Positions 1 to 12,359 of a stretch of 64,000 nucleotides of DNA are shown piece by piece. The translations under genes and the position numbers were made by a program. Source of the DNA: Takakia lepidozioides (Eukaryota; Plantae; Bryophyta); the NCBI GenBank assembly GCA_030704615.1, contig CM060734.1:39556001-39620000 (forward strand), read 5' to 3'. Under the pieces are notes generated by a model. The model had not been told where the DNA came from. It made no database searches and saw nothing but the letters and a program-made list of their open reading frames with translations. Each line of letters starts with the position of its first letter. The stretch's first letter is position 1.

Positions 1-562
1 GGTTTGATCTCAACCGGATCAATGCTTCTGAGGGTGAATGATTATTCAAACCAGACCTTCACAGAGCATGTTCAGTGGACGATTTGTTGCAGCCTGAATC
101 ATCATCCCACCCAACTGTAACTATTAGTTTCCACACATGAAATGTCTAAGGAAGGCTAAATATGTCAGTTTTTTCAAGAATGATGGAAATTTTGAGTTCA
201 TCATTTGAGGAGTGGTTGCCAAGAAGCAAGAGATGTATCAGAAGTCCAAAAGTAAGAGTGTCGTAGCGGAGGAATCGAAACATTCGGAACAAGTTGTGAA
301 TCGCTTGTTGAAAAACTTCTATTGTAATTTTTATTAACATACAGTTATTTCTTTTCTATATAACATGGAACATTGGAATATATAAACATTGAGAGGGTAC
401 ACAAACAATTTCGTTGAAATGACACGTGTATGACTCGCTCATATGCAATTTAGTATTCACAATGATAAAATTTTATTCAGTACATGCATGATCAAAATTC
501 ACTTTTGTCTTGGAAACTGTACTATACTACGGCCACAAAACTAGTATGTATGAAACTATGGT

Positions 563-2040
563 CTATTCCATCCTGTAGACGTCTTGGGGCTCTACCCAAC
601 TGAATGGTTTGTTCATGAAGTGGAACACTACTTGGGCTAATGTGAGCCTCTCAGACGGGACCGTGCTATTATATAACCTTCGTATGGCAGAATTCCAACA
701 TAGTCATGTGTAGTAATCCTTGAAAAGACTGGCATCATACGAATCGCCGCCATTTATTCTACCGCTATCTTTCCGACTGTAAAGGCCTCCAAGGTCATGT
801 CTCGGGTGTGCATTTGTGGTGTGTCATCCACCTAACTGTTTTCCTTGTTAAAAGCCATGGCAATTGCAGGTTCCACCCACCATCTACGTTTGAGAGTCCG
901 CGTCATTTTGTCTTTGTTTTCAAACTGGTACGACTAGGTTTTGCGTATCTCCGTTGAGGTGGCCAACCCCCAATCACACACCCCAATCTTAATCTCCTCG
1001 GTGTCATGTGGAAAATGCAACAAGATGTTGTTGGGGGACAAGTTGTTGTGTTTGACATGGTTCTTATGGACAACATCCATAATACTCACGAGTGCCCATA
1101 CAAGTTTACTGCGCTCTCTCCGAAAACGAACCAAGCGATCGGTTGCCTTTCGTTCCCGATTGTCTTTCAGTCTCTTTGTTGTCCCAATCACTTCCCCATT
1201 TTTTTGTCAAGGTTCAACATATCAGTTATTGTTCCCTCATTCTACCAGCGAGTATATCCCTCTACTTCACTTGCATTCACAGCAAAGTATGTAATGACTC
1301 CTGCATGCTGGAATCTCACTGCCAAAGACTCGTCGTTATATTGCCTCACCGCAACTTCTGGGTTTTTGGCTTTGGGTGTTTTCCCTATTAGTTCCCAACT
1401 ACACGGTATTCGTGAATCGCCAACAATCCTACACTTACGAACCTTGGCATATCCTCTTTCTTTGTAGGGGCCAAGTTGTTGGACCTGAGCACTTGTGTTT
1501 ACGTAAATAAGACTTATTGTACTTCCCCCGCTTGATGATGCCGCTTTCCAAGGGACTAACCTAGTCTGGTGATGTGTATTTGCGCTTATTGAATGCGCCC
1601 ACCACTCGACAAGTTGGTATAACTCGGTTTTCCAGCTAGGCAACCGACCTTCAGTTGTTCTATCCTTCCATGTCCTCATTACCTGCCTCAAATTCCACGT
1701 GACATCTTTTGCCCTACTCTCGAGCCAATGCAAGAATTTCGGCTTGTTCCTATCCTCCATCCGCTGATCTCCAGCCAAACCCTCTCTCATTCTCTTCTCC
1801 ATATATTTGCTGAAAAATACGAAACCCCTCGTGTCCATGCCGGACATAAGCACTTTGCAGCCTCATAATGTTTTTTTCTTTGAAATAATCAAATATAGTT
1901 CTTTTAACCCTGTCTAAAGCATTTGGTCCCAGATAATGTTGTTTGTTGACCTGGCTATCTCGCTCGTGGGCATGTTTTCTTTTCCTCCGACCCCCAGACG
2001 ACGACCCCGGCCCAGTATTTGTGTTTGCAGTCCCTGACAT
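563..2040 (-). pseudogene. Intronless protein kinase pseudogene (frameshifts and stops)
   Basis: Stitching minus-strand frames gives kinase subdomains in order: ERGYAKVRKC (Gly-loop), LIGKTPK (VAIK-like), HNNLSPNNILL (catalytic loop), CDWGLA (DFG-like), RWWVEPAIA (APE-like), EAFTVGKIA (IX), PSERLTLAQVVFHF (XI). ATG at 2040, stop at 563-565, internal stop at 934-936. Confidence 0.75.
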
Positions 2041-2904
2041 TATATAAACATTTGCCCACTGCAAGGGATGGGGGAAAAAAATATATAATGGATGTGTGTG
2101 GATGGTATCTTCATATTTTCTGCAAAAACGGGTCACATGAGATCTTAAAACGACAAATGGAACGGTGAATAGGGGCTGAACAGGTGTGGGATTGACCCAA
2201 TTAAGAATCGACAAAACTTCTCGCTCCCAAAACAAACACCTTTGCACACGTTGGCAGTGCCACGCAACGAAGTCCGAAGACTACAGGAAGCCAAGGAACC
2301 GCACTCACGGAGGAGCAAAAGTGATCATAAAGGGGAGGGAGATGTTTGTCCATGTTTATGGATGCGATTCTCTTAACTCTATTGGGACACATCGGACCCC
2401 CGAGCCACGGTCACCTATAGATTAAAAAATACAAATTTTTGTCCTATTTCTATCTTTCTATATTTACCAATCACTTCCAACAACTGGGACAAAAACTCAA
2501 GGATCATCAAGTATGTTACTGAAATGAGATAATTGTGATGTGAGTTAAGCGTACCTAAAAAATGGGGAAAAACTTGGATTTTTTTTAAAAATCTTTCGAG
2601 GTTTTTTTTAAAAAAAAATGGGAGGCTTATCTTTAACTATCATTCACTTACGTCCCTTCCTACCTCGTCATGTTTTGCAATTCTAATTTGGATTAATACT
2701 TCACGTGTAGTTAAATCATAATTATTGAACAATTATAATCATAAGTGAATTTTGGTAATTCAAAATATTCAATCCTCATTTCGAGTTACAGGCTAGCCTA
2801 TTACCAATCGATTTATCCATTGATGATGTGAAACCAATAATGAAATAAAAACATAATGTATGACGAGAAACCTGTAAATACTGATTCGAGGAATTTTCTG
2901 CACA

Positions 2905-2975
2905 TCGGCTGGTAGCTCAACTGCTAAGTGCACAATGTGTCGCCCTGGTGGTTCGGGGTTCAAACCTGCTGATTG
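2905..2975 (+). mobile_element. tRNA-derived SINE head / degenerate tRNA-like sequence
   Basis: Pol III A-box-like TAGCTCAACTG (2913-2923) and B-box GGTTCAAACC (2957-2966) at tRNA-like spacing; no complete cloverleaf. Confidence 0.5.
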
Positions 2976-3149
2976 TTCGATGAGCATGTTCGCACGTGAG
3001 ATTGTGCTCAATAACTGTAGAACAGTAGCTTATGATAAAACGAGAGTGAACCTCCTTGGATTAAAGTCAACTCTTGAGTATACTTTGGATATTCGACATG
3101 AAATTGGAGGAAATAGGATAGTAGTCTTGTCCTGTAACATAGACTAAGT

Positions 3150-3345
3150 ATGAGTCGGCTGAGGACTTCATCAGATATTGTAGTGTGGAAGGCCAGCTTG
3201 CTTGGTGCCTGCAGAATTCATGTCAATGTGGAGGTGACAGAACGTGCTGTAGTTGGCAACAGTGTGAGAAATGATGAAGGCCAGAGATGTCAAGAAGGAG
3301 CCAGGTCACACGCACATCGAAGTGCATACATTCATTGTGGTATTA
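3150..3345 (+). pseudogene. PLS-class PPR protein E/E+ domain fragment
   Basis: DIVVWKASLLGACRIHVNVEVTERA, then (frameshifted) MKARDVKKEPGHTHIEVHTF, match the E-domain consensus W.ALLGACRIH.N.E.AE.A and M..RGVKKEPG.SWIE...VH.F, with internal deletions. Confidence 0.75.
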
Positions 3346-3952
3346 CCAGGATTTTCCTTGGAGTAAGGGAAATGACAAAGCTCGCAATCGTATAAGGAAA
3401 GTCAAGCATTGTGGAGCTGGGAAGTTTCTCTCCCGTCCACACTTATAAATCTCTAGTTGAGTGACAGCAAGTGGGTTCAAACTGACAGTGGCTATTTCTC
3501 TAGACATAGCCACCATGGGTAATTTCCCCCTTTCCTCTTTCTCTTTCGTCTGTGGTTTTGTCTCTTTGTTTCTTGTCTCTTTGAGCTTTCAAACCCTTGT
3601 TGGAGGAAAAAAGTACCAATGTTCTCCAATTTAAGCTGAAGACTACATTAGTTGTGTGACCTCCTTATATGTGGCAAAGAGTACTCTGTCCTCATCAAGA
3701 GATGTCTCTTTAAACTTTGTAGGAGCTTTCAAATATGTTGTATTGATTCCAGTGGGAAGATTTCTATTTTTGCACATGCAGGTTTGTTTGTAGGCTGGAG
3801 TAGTAAGATTCTCATGGCACAGAAGAGTCCGAGCTAGGGCGTGGGATTCGTGAAGCAATGTCACAGGAGGGGTCAGACAGCTGGGTGGATGATACAATCA
3901 CACGTCATGTTATGAGCCTCCACGTAACGACAAAGGAGGAAGCTGCACGGTT

Positions 3953-5095
3953 GTGGCCAGTAGTGGAACAAAGGCGGGGAAAGGCCATCATCTGGTGCTG
4001 CCACTAGTGGAGCCACACCACCTGTCTTCTTATCCTGAATTGTGCTGGCGCTCTGATTGTGGGGATGTTGCCTCTGATCACAGTTTGTCTGCACTTATGC
4101 TCGATCTATTGGATAGGCTCCCCAACACTCCCCAGGGTGATTCCTGGGAATTGGTTACTTGTGCCAAATCTAGGGCTTCATGTGTAGTTTTTGGGGTGAA
4201 TCCCAGGATGGACGATGTGTCCTTTAAAACTACATGCTCTAGCTTAGGCTTGGATTTCATGGCCAATGGCTCCATCTCGAGACTTGATAACATGGGTACT
4301 TTGAAGGTTGCAATGCCCAAAAATGCTTCTAATAGAGTCTCACATCAACTCAATCTCAAAGAAGTTCGTGTATCTGAAGGATTTGGTACTTTGAACGGTT
4401 TACCAATCCTCAAAGTTTACACAAGACGTGCAAAATCTATACATGGGGTAATTGTCACTAAGCAGTCAGACGGACAACTTGTCCCTAAGTGTGCGGAGTC
4501 TGAACGTCATGTAACTGAAGGATTTGGTACTCTGAATGGTTTACCAATTCTCAAAGTTTACACAAGACGAGCAAAATCTACACACTGGGTAACTGTCCCC
4601 CCTTTGCAGAACGGTTGGCCATCCAAGAGCAATCTTAAGCTACCTAGACGACAAACAATTCACATGCAAAGGGCTGGCTTGCGGCTGGCCACTTTCAACT
4701 TCTCAGGGCTGACTAACCAAAAGAAACAACTCAAAGTGGGACAAGTTCTTCGGACTAATGATATTCATATCTGTGATGGGCAAGAAACTTGGGAAACGTC
4801 GGATAAACTGGTTGGAGATGTCATTGGTTCTAAATGGGCATGTAAGATGTGTACTCTCAAGGGAGCCTCTGCCAAACGCGGTAAAAAAGGGGTTAAATGC
4901 TTTGTCCGTGATTTCTTGTTTGACAATTCTGTTAATTGGTGGACCAATGAGATTAAACTCAAGATAGCTGAGAGACGAGTCATTTATAAAGAGTGCTGCA
5001 ATTTGAAAATCAACAAAAAATTGTGGGCGAGGTACTATCAGATCCGTAAAGATATTAATCTGCTTGTAAGGGCTCAGAAGAAATTATACTGGAGC
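3953..5095 (+). mobile_element. LINE 5' remnant: ORF1-like region, APE endonuclease N-terminus and EN-RT linker
   Basis: LRLATFNFSGL...DIHICDGQETW...GKKGVKCFVR matches EEP/APE endonuclease motifs; NWWTNEIKLKIAERR...WARYYQIRK...KKLYW resembles the LINE ORF2 linker. Confidence 0.65.
4364..4595 (+). repeat. Direct repeat (~141 bp period) encoding EGFGTLNGLPILKVYTRRAKS twice
   Basis: CTGAAGGATTTGGTACT...CAAAGTTTACACAAGACG...CAAAATCTA at ~4374 and ~4515; a weaker third copy at ~4295. Confidence 0.85.
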
Positions 5096-6060
5096 TTCGC
5101 TAACATAGCCAAAGCTAAGAAACGGTATGAACGGCAGGCGAATCGGAAGCGGAGGGAAGTTAAGTTTGAGGTAGGCACGGAGGTCTGGTTCACTACAACA
5201 TATCGCGGTATGACTGTATATATGACTATTCTGCAGTCATAAACGGTACATATGACTTCTATGACTGTAAGTCGTGCAAACCAAGTGAATACAATGAGTA
5301 CAAGATGGTACGGTCCGGATGACCACAGTCAGATAAACCAAGTGATATCTCTCACTGCAGTCATATATATCATACTGCAGTCGCCGCTCCGCGCCACGTG
5401 GCGATGCGCAATTGATTTTTTTTCTTCAAAAAATAATAAATAAATTAAAAAAAATATTAGACGCCATGTTGGACCGCGTTGTGCCACGTGGCAGCCCATC
5501 TAAGGTGTCGCGTGCTATCCCTAGCTCGTCTACTAACCCTAGGGTCATCTTATCCATTTGATTGTATTTAAAGGAGTTTGAACCTCCAACCTCTTTACTA
5601 TAAGAGTTATAGTTCACTACCTGCTAACCAATACACCCATTAGTTATTCATGTGATCATGTGGTGTTTTAATTGTATTATACACACCAAATTATAAAATC
5701 CCCAGTAGTCATCATGACTATGTAACCTCATCCATGTACACTGTAGTCATGGAAATGACTATAGTGGTGAGCTAAATCTGGTCAATTGTCGTTGACCAGC
5801 CTTCCGCCCATTTCGGAGCCATGTAGTCATACAGACGACTACGTAGATAGTCGTTTCTATGACTATAGTCGTATGAACGACTGCGGGAGGTCAATTTCAT
5901 ATAAAAACATGTTGCAGTCATGGTCAAAGTCAAGAAAACCATGACTACCACGGTTTGGCAGTCATAATTATCGCGATCTGTTGTAGTGGTTGAACATCAA
6001 GAATTTCCGACTACCTCCGGAAGTGAGTCCAAAGTGAGTTCGAAGTTCGTACCTCTATAA
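5096..6060 (+). mobile_element. Ty3/Gypsy integrase C-terminal fragment interrupted by a CACTA insertion
   Basis: AKKRYERQANRKRREVKFEVGTEVW; removing 5191-5991 restores ...VWLNIKNFRLPPEVSPK, typical of the post-integrase region. Confidence 0.7.
5191..5988. mobile_element. Non-autonomous CACTA (En/Spm) DNA transposon, 798 bp
   Basis: TIRs CACTACAACATATCGCG (5191) and CGCGATCTGTTGTAGTG (ends 5988), 16/17 match; 3-bp TSD GTT at 5188-5190 and 5989-5991; many subterminal ATGACT/AGTCAT motifs; GCCACGTGGC palindromes inside. Confidence 0.95.
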
Positions 6061-6399
6061 AGAGTACGATATGCGAGGAAGTTGAAAGAGAGTGTCCTGA
6101 CATCTTGGTCATGGGAAGCCATAGCACATTGGTCATGGCTTTGGCACATTGCAACGGAATTGCATACTCTATGCACTGGCAGCCATAGTGTTTAAACGGT
6201 AATCAATACAGCTTGGTGTCTATATATTTCTGGCCGGATATTCACAAACTGAAAAGTTCCCTAAGCATTGCTGTCAGAAATTCTACCAATGGTGGCATGA
6301 AGGCATTTGCATTCTTATTAACCGTGAGAAAGAAATATATTTTTTGGATTTACTATGAATTTTTTACGATCTGTCATAGGTATGCCTATAAGAGTTTCT

Positions 6400-8935
6400 A
6401 GAGTGGGTTCAAAATTCAAAAGTTATTGCGTCACTTGAAAGTATCAAATAAACATGTGATGGCATCTGGAAGCAGCCGCGCAACACAGAGAAACGAAATA
6501 TTCAGCATGATGCAACAGTTAGGAACACCAAGCTTATTCTTCATTTTAAATCCAGCATTTGTACATCATCCTCTGGTATCCCTGCTAAGTGGGAACGACA
6601 TCGATCTTGACATTTTTTTCGATGAAAACCTCTCGGACCACAATGAAAGACGTGCAATTGCCACTATGAATCCGAGATCTCAAGCTAAATTTGTACACAT
6701 CATTGTGAATGCAGTTTTCAAATACCTACTACGTGTCAGAGATACCGTCAAAACTTCCACAACAAATACGGGAGTACTTGGGAACATTAATGCATATTAC
6801 GGTTGTTACGAAACGGCGAAAAATGGTTCACTTCACATACACATTATTGTGGCTAGAAAATGCCCCAGATCCCAACGAACTCGTTCAAAAACTGAAAGAC
6901 GACGAAGAATTCAAATGGAAAATGTTGGCATATTTGGACAGCATCATAGTACGTGACTCGATCCAATTCAAATCCAAAATACCGGTTGACGACGACATTC
7001 CAACCACTACCATTGACCCTGACATCGAAGAAAACAATGTAAACACCGAAATCCATCCGTGCACTACCAGACCTCCCGATATTCACTCTAAAACATTTCA
7101 TGCCGACTTTGCGCGCGACGTCTCGAAACTACTAAATGTATACAATCGCCACGTGTGCAATCCCGCGTGTTACAAAACCAACAAAGATGTTTTAAAAAAA
7201 AATTGTAGATATGGATTTCCCGTTGTCTTGGTTGAAGAAACGCATTTCGACGACAAAACCGGGCTGCTACACATATAACGAACCGACATATGGTTGAACA
7301 ACGCAAATCCATGGATGTTAGTATTAGGAAGATGCAACCACGATTTGAAGTTCATCGGTACTTCAGGGAAAGACGCAAAGGCACTGATATATTACATCAC
7401 GGATTACATCACAAAATCTTCCGTCTACACATCACACATGTATTCGCTCTCGCAAATAGCCGTAAAAAAAATCCAAACGACTTATGACGATTTATATTCC
7501 GAACATTTAGTCGACAAGAGCCAGAAATTGTTGATTCGATGTTTGAACACGATTGGATCCAAACAAGAAATATCGGCAACAAGGGCAGTCAGTTACCTGA
7601 TGAAATATCCAGACCATTTGACAGACCACCACTTTGCATATCTGTCGGTGTATGGTATCCGTGAACAAGAACAATTTCGATCGAATAAAGATGGAAACAA
7701 CGATTTGAACAACACACTTGACGATAACGACCCCGAAAACACCTCTGAAACGTTCAAAGTCGAAAGATCCGAACAATCAACATCGACCCCTTATACAATG
7801 AGATGCCAGACGAAATGCACAATGACAATAACGACGATATATATGTGGACGACAATTCAGTGTCGCAACAACATACAGAAGACATAGTCACAAAAGGCCA
7901 GAAATTACAAATCGAATATCTCATGTGCAATACAAGCGAAAACCAATATGTGACCGAGGTTACCAACAAGCTCATTACGGATGCCAACGGGAAAATATCA
8001 CCACAAAACCATATCGCACCAAAAATAGAAATGATCCAAACTGCAAAAAAAAATTCAAATAGATATCAAATCAATAAATGGTTGAAAACATTACGCAAAT
8101 CCAAAAATCCGCCCACCGGCATTGACAACAACATGTACGAATTTGCAATTGCAACCCAGTCATCCAAAAATATTAACCTCCAACACAAAAATCCAGAATT
8201 GAGAGAAATTCCAAAAACCGAATCAATGGATATCACAGATGACGACAATTACGATGTAGATCCTGATATCGTGCAACATCAAATAGCTAAATATTTTGTG
8301 ATAAAAAAATACAAGTTCAACAAGGCACTCGAGGAGGCGGAGGTGCTCACTAGGTGGAGCCCCGCACACCGGGTTGCGGTTTCGTAAGAATCAACATTTG
8401 AACGTTTCATAGACCCACAAAATCACCATCTCGATGGAAGAAAATAAACGTTAATGTATGTGGGAGGTGCTGCTAGAACGGGAAAGACATAATTAATTAA
8501 AGCAATCCAAACGTACGTCATAAAAACCAAGAGACCCAAAATACTGAAAATCGGTGCCTACACAGCGAATGCCGCAATCCTCATAGGGGATCAACCATCC
8601 ACGCTCTATTGGGATTGAAAATCAGCCAGAGTGTCAACAAATTCGACACAAAAAGTTTCATAAACGAATGGTCCGGGACAGACTATTTGATTATAGACGA
8701 AGTATCTATGGTCGGATGCAACATGATCGCCGATATCCATTTGAAGTTACAAAAATTCAAATCGAACCTGTTACCATTCAGAGGACTCAACATAATGTCC
8801 ATGGGCGATTTCATGTAGGTTCCACCAGTCACTGACGCGCCTCTTTATTCAACGAACATACAACCTATATTCACATTCACAAAATACACAAAAAAAAAAA
8901 TTATAGGCAAGAGCCTATGGGAAAATTACATACGG
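6400..8935 (+). mobile_element. Helitron Rep/PIF1-helicase remnant (degenerate, truncated)
   Basis: RNEIFSMMQQLGTPSLFFILNP; HUH region YYGCYETAKNGSLHIH..LLWL; HVC...C...CRYGFP; CNHDLKFI; YITDYITK; helicase GGAARTGKT, YLIIDEVSMVG, GDFM*VPPV, GKSLWENYI. Multiple frameshifts and stops. Confidence 0.9.
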
Positions 8936-9430
8936 CCTTGAACCTCTTGACTCGTTGTAGGATCCGATCCCTCTCCTTGGCAGTCACACTAGCTTCCGTG
9001 TCTCCAGTGCGGAGGTAGTCCAACACAACCAAATCCTCATGTATATCTCTGGCACCACCTGGCTCATCACTAGCCTCAGGGTCCTCAGACACTTCGTCTA
9101 CAGTCATCCCTGTTGTAGGTCCAACCTGACCTCCCGATGCCAAGATACACAAAAAGGCAGATGCATGTCATCCCGGCACCATCTCCTCGTCTGTCTCACC
9201 ATGCCACCGAGCTCCAGTGTCATCTTGCTGGCTCGTGCATGGATTGCGACTCAATCCATCCGCATCCCTATTGACCAAACCCGTGCACAACCTGAACATG
9301 TCTCTCATGCTCCTCCACCGTAGCACGAGAGGCAAAGCAATTCCTGCAAGCCTCAGGAACCGCCGTATACGTCGTCTCTCTCCTCTAGTGACAATAGGTC
9401 CAATGTCAGGCTCCCAATTGCCCTTCGTAA
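8936..9430 (-). pseudogene. Collapsed RT/RNase H remnants and integrase N-terminal region
   Basis: WEPDIGP...EACRNCFA (pre-RT) joined to TVEEHERHV (post-YxDD of RT), joined to VVH/GLVNRDADGLSRNP (RNase H end), then DIHEDLVVLDYLRTG...KERDRILQRVKRF. Confidence 0.7.
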
Positions 9431-9769
9431 CTACAACCTTAAGTCCAGCAAACTTAGAGGTAGAGGACACGTCACGTGGTTGCTATGCCGCAACCTCTTG
9501 AGCAATACTCCATGCATGCTCAGTCAATGACAAGGCCTCATCTTGCCCCATCATCTCATCCTTGAGGACCTCCTCAACCCGAGAAGAATCCCCAACCTCA
9601 TCCATCATAGCCGCCTTGGCTGCCAACTCCCTCTGAACCTCGAGCACCTCCCATGTGTGCCATGGATGTCTAACCCCGTGGTCCTCACATGCTCGCCCCC
9701 ACTCACTGCCTGTACCGTCTTGGTAGGCAGAGAGACCATGGAGGGAAGTGTACTCCACACTCTGCGTTG

Positions 9770-10730
9770 CTCAGCCATAGCCAAGCTGATAATCCAGGTC
9801 AAGCGATTGAGATCCATTGCTTGCCCCAACACTTGACGACGTGATGCCTCAGAAAGAGACGACACCGCCGTGGTACCAGTGGTAAAACATATTGCCCGCT
9901 CACGTTTGTTAGCATTAGGCTCCACTAACTGCTGCAACTGAGCATCCTACAGGAGGCCAGGTCCACTATCCCGGAAAAGCATGCGATCCTGGGAAGCTGA
10001 GCAGTGTAGGTAATGCTGCTCGTGGTTGACCCACCTTGTTGACCACTGCCAAAGGCGAACGGTCATCGTGTCTCACACGCTGAGACTGCCTCCTTGTGTC
10101 CAGAATGCTATCCACTAGATGTACTGGCCGCTGCACCTCATCAAATGCACGCTTGAGCAGTGCGGGTGGCATCAAGTTAGTCCACCATAGCCGTGGACGA
10201 TGAGCCCGTGACCCCACTGTAGCTGCATCTAGCAACACTGCTGACCCAAGCCACAACCGGACTTGATGCACACTGGCCATCACCCTGGCCCGAGAATCGC
10301 CCATCAGTGGCACATTCTCCAAGATGTATGCTGGAGATACAGCTTGTTGAAGCTGCAAGTGGCGCAAAACCCGCACCATCTCCCAAAACAGACCCGACCT
10401 CGAGTCTCGCAATCCATTGTCATGCCCGGCTGATGAATGCCCTTGGCAGGGCCAACCTGCCACTACCAGATCAATGGATCTAACCCGCTCCAAATCTTGC
10501 GCCCCCAGCAACGAAATGTCTGCTGGCAAGACCTGCTGATATCCACGAATTGCAGACACCAACAACAACTCAGGGTACCGCTGCACCAACTGAGCAACAT
10601 GACGAAGTGAAATGCATCGTGCAGTCTCATCCCTCTCCACATACAGGTAACGCCGAACTCATACACCTGCCTGTAACACAACAGCCAATCCGGTGCTGAT
10701 CCCGCCAAACAAGTCCAGAAGACAAATGCC
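9770..10730 (-). pseudogene. DNMT3-like C5 cytosine DNA methyltransferase domain (retrotransposon-encoded)
   Basis: Motif I LDLFGGISTG, II YVERD, IV AGWPCQGHS (catalytic Cys codon 10446-10448), VI YILENV, VIII DAATVGSRAHRPRLWWTNL, IX KRERAICF, X RRQVLGQAMD. In frame with the protease apart from nonsense codons at 10848 and 10659; one frameshift near 9970 and a stop at 9947-9949. Confidence 0.92.
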
Positions 10731-11129
10731 TTCATCCGGACACTGCCACACAATAGGTGTGGTGTCCAATGGAGACAACTGAGGTGGTCCTGGTGCAATC
10801 CCCGCACTCTCCTCCTCTCCTGACGGTACAAAAGCCTCCACCCAGGCTTATTGCACCCGTCGATCAGCATCCCGCTGCAAATCCTTGCTCGTGTCCCACA
10901 ATGGAGTTTGAGCAATTATGGTAGGCAACTCTGCCATACCATACATGTCCTCCTGCTCTCCCAGAGGTGGCACATCCTCTGAATGAGCGTTGCCCTCAAG
11001 CAACTCTCCAGGCCAATTCACTGCCGTTGTGAATGCTACTAGTGTCGGCATCTTGTCTCGTTGGGCAACCGCAACTCCTCCTATGATCGTCACAGGGAGC
11101 TGCACACGCCGGCCCTCCCCTAATTGCCA

Positions 11130-11480
11130 TCCAGGCCTATAGGAAGCTGACTCCTCCCAAAAATCTAGAGTGAAGCCCATGGGGTACAACACTGCCCCAC
11201 CAACCAGGATATCGTACGAGACCGCGTCTGTCACAATGGCCTTGGTTCGCATTAGTGAGCCATCTGTAGGGTGATCCGGCCGTAGTCTGATAGCCAACTC
11301 ACGCCGTGTCATGCCCCGAGCCTGCTCCGATCCTCCCAGAGACGTCTGTATCTGGAAAGGACAAGGCTCCATATCTGCCTCCGTGAGGCCCAAGCCTGCA
11401 ATAGCAGCTCTACCCAGCATCAATGGCTGAGCTCCCGAGTCCAACAAGACCTGCAGTGGCCGGTACCTCTTGCCTGCCGG
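11130..11480 (-). pseudogene. Retropepsin aspartic protease
   Basis: QVLLDSGAQPLMLG catalytic motif and YDILVG motif in ORF 10848-11663. Confidence 0.85.
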
Positions 11481-12359
11481 TCCACTCAAACAAAAAATGC
11501 CATCCTGGTTGTCTAACATGACAACTCCAGGTGTAACCATGGCGCGCTCAATGGCTGGCCTAGATGGCAGCTCCATCAACCAGGCAGCTGCAGCTTGCCA
11601 TGGCGCCGCCGTGGCAGTCTTGACCCTCAAATCCGAGGATCCCTTTGGCACTACACCTCCCACTATCTCCGCAGAAGATGAAGTAATTCCCCACTCTCAC
11701 AGAGTGTAGCTGCCAGCCTGAACACCTCAGCTGGTCTTACCCCCGGCGTCGCAATCATGGTAGCCGAGAACAATGGAGCCTCGCACACAGATGTGGCCGC
11801 TCCTAGCAGCACACTAGCTACCGTAGCCTTGGCAATACTAGGTAGTGGTGCTACTCGTGTAGCTCTCCCCAATGGCATAGTAACCTCCGCCTCGGTAATA
11901 GTCGGGCGAGAACTAGGTGCCATGGATGACGTCGACACTGTCTCCGCCAATGTGAACGACTGAGGAAGCTTAGCCTGACGGCTTGCCTCCCCACGCTGTG
12001 GATCCAACTCCACCTCTGCACCTCGTGGCTCAGGAACTCGTGCTGCTCCTCGAGTCACGGCTGCAGCAGACTCCACCTGCACTAGTGGTAGTGTTGCTCC
12101 ACACATGAATCCCATGCCTCCCATATCTCCTCCCTCAGGAGCAGGAGATGGACCATCCGGCCTTAGAGCCGGTACCACCTGAGCTGTAGCCATGGCAGCG
12201 AGCCTGTACTCTAGCTGCTGAAGCCGGTTGGCCATGCCTTGGTCAACACCCTGACCTCCGCGTCCTTGGCCTGCACCTCGTGGCTGGCCACCTCGTCCTC
12301 TCTGGGCTGCTCCACCTCGCCCCCGGCCACCATTGTTCCCTTGGAACTGGCTTGGGCGC

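Noticed and set aside
1-340. Possible gene end at the window start
   Set aside because: No recognisable motif, and every frame is interrupted.
2905-2975. Functional tRNA gene
   Set aside because: Acceptor, D and anticodon stems do not pair.
9770-10730. Bacterial restriction-modification methylase or contamination
   Set aside because: In frame with a retroviral-type protease and flanked by Gag and RNase H motifs; no restriction enzyme or operon.
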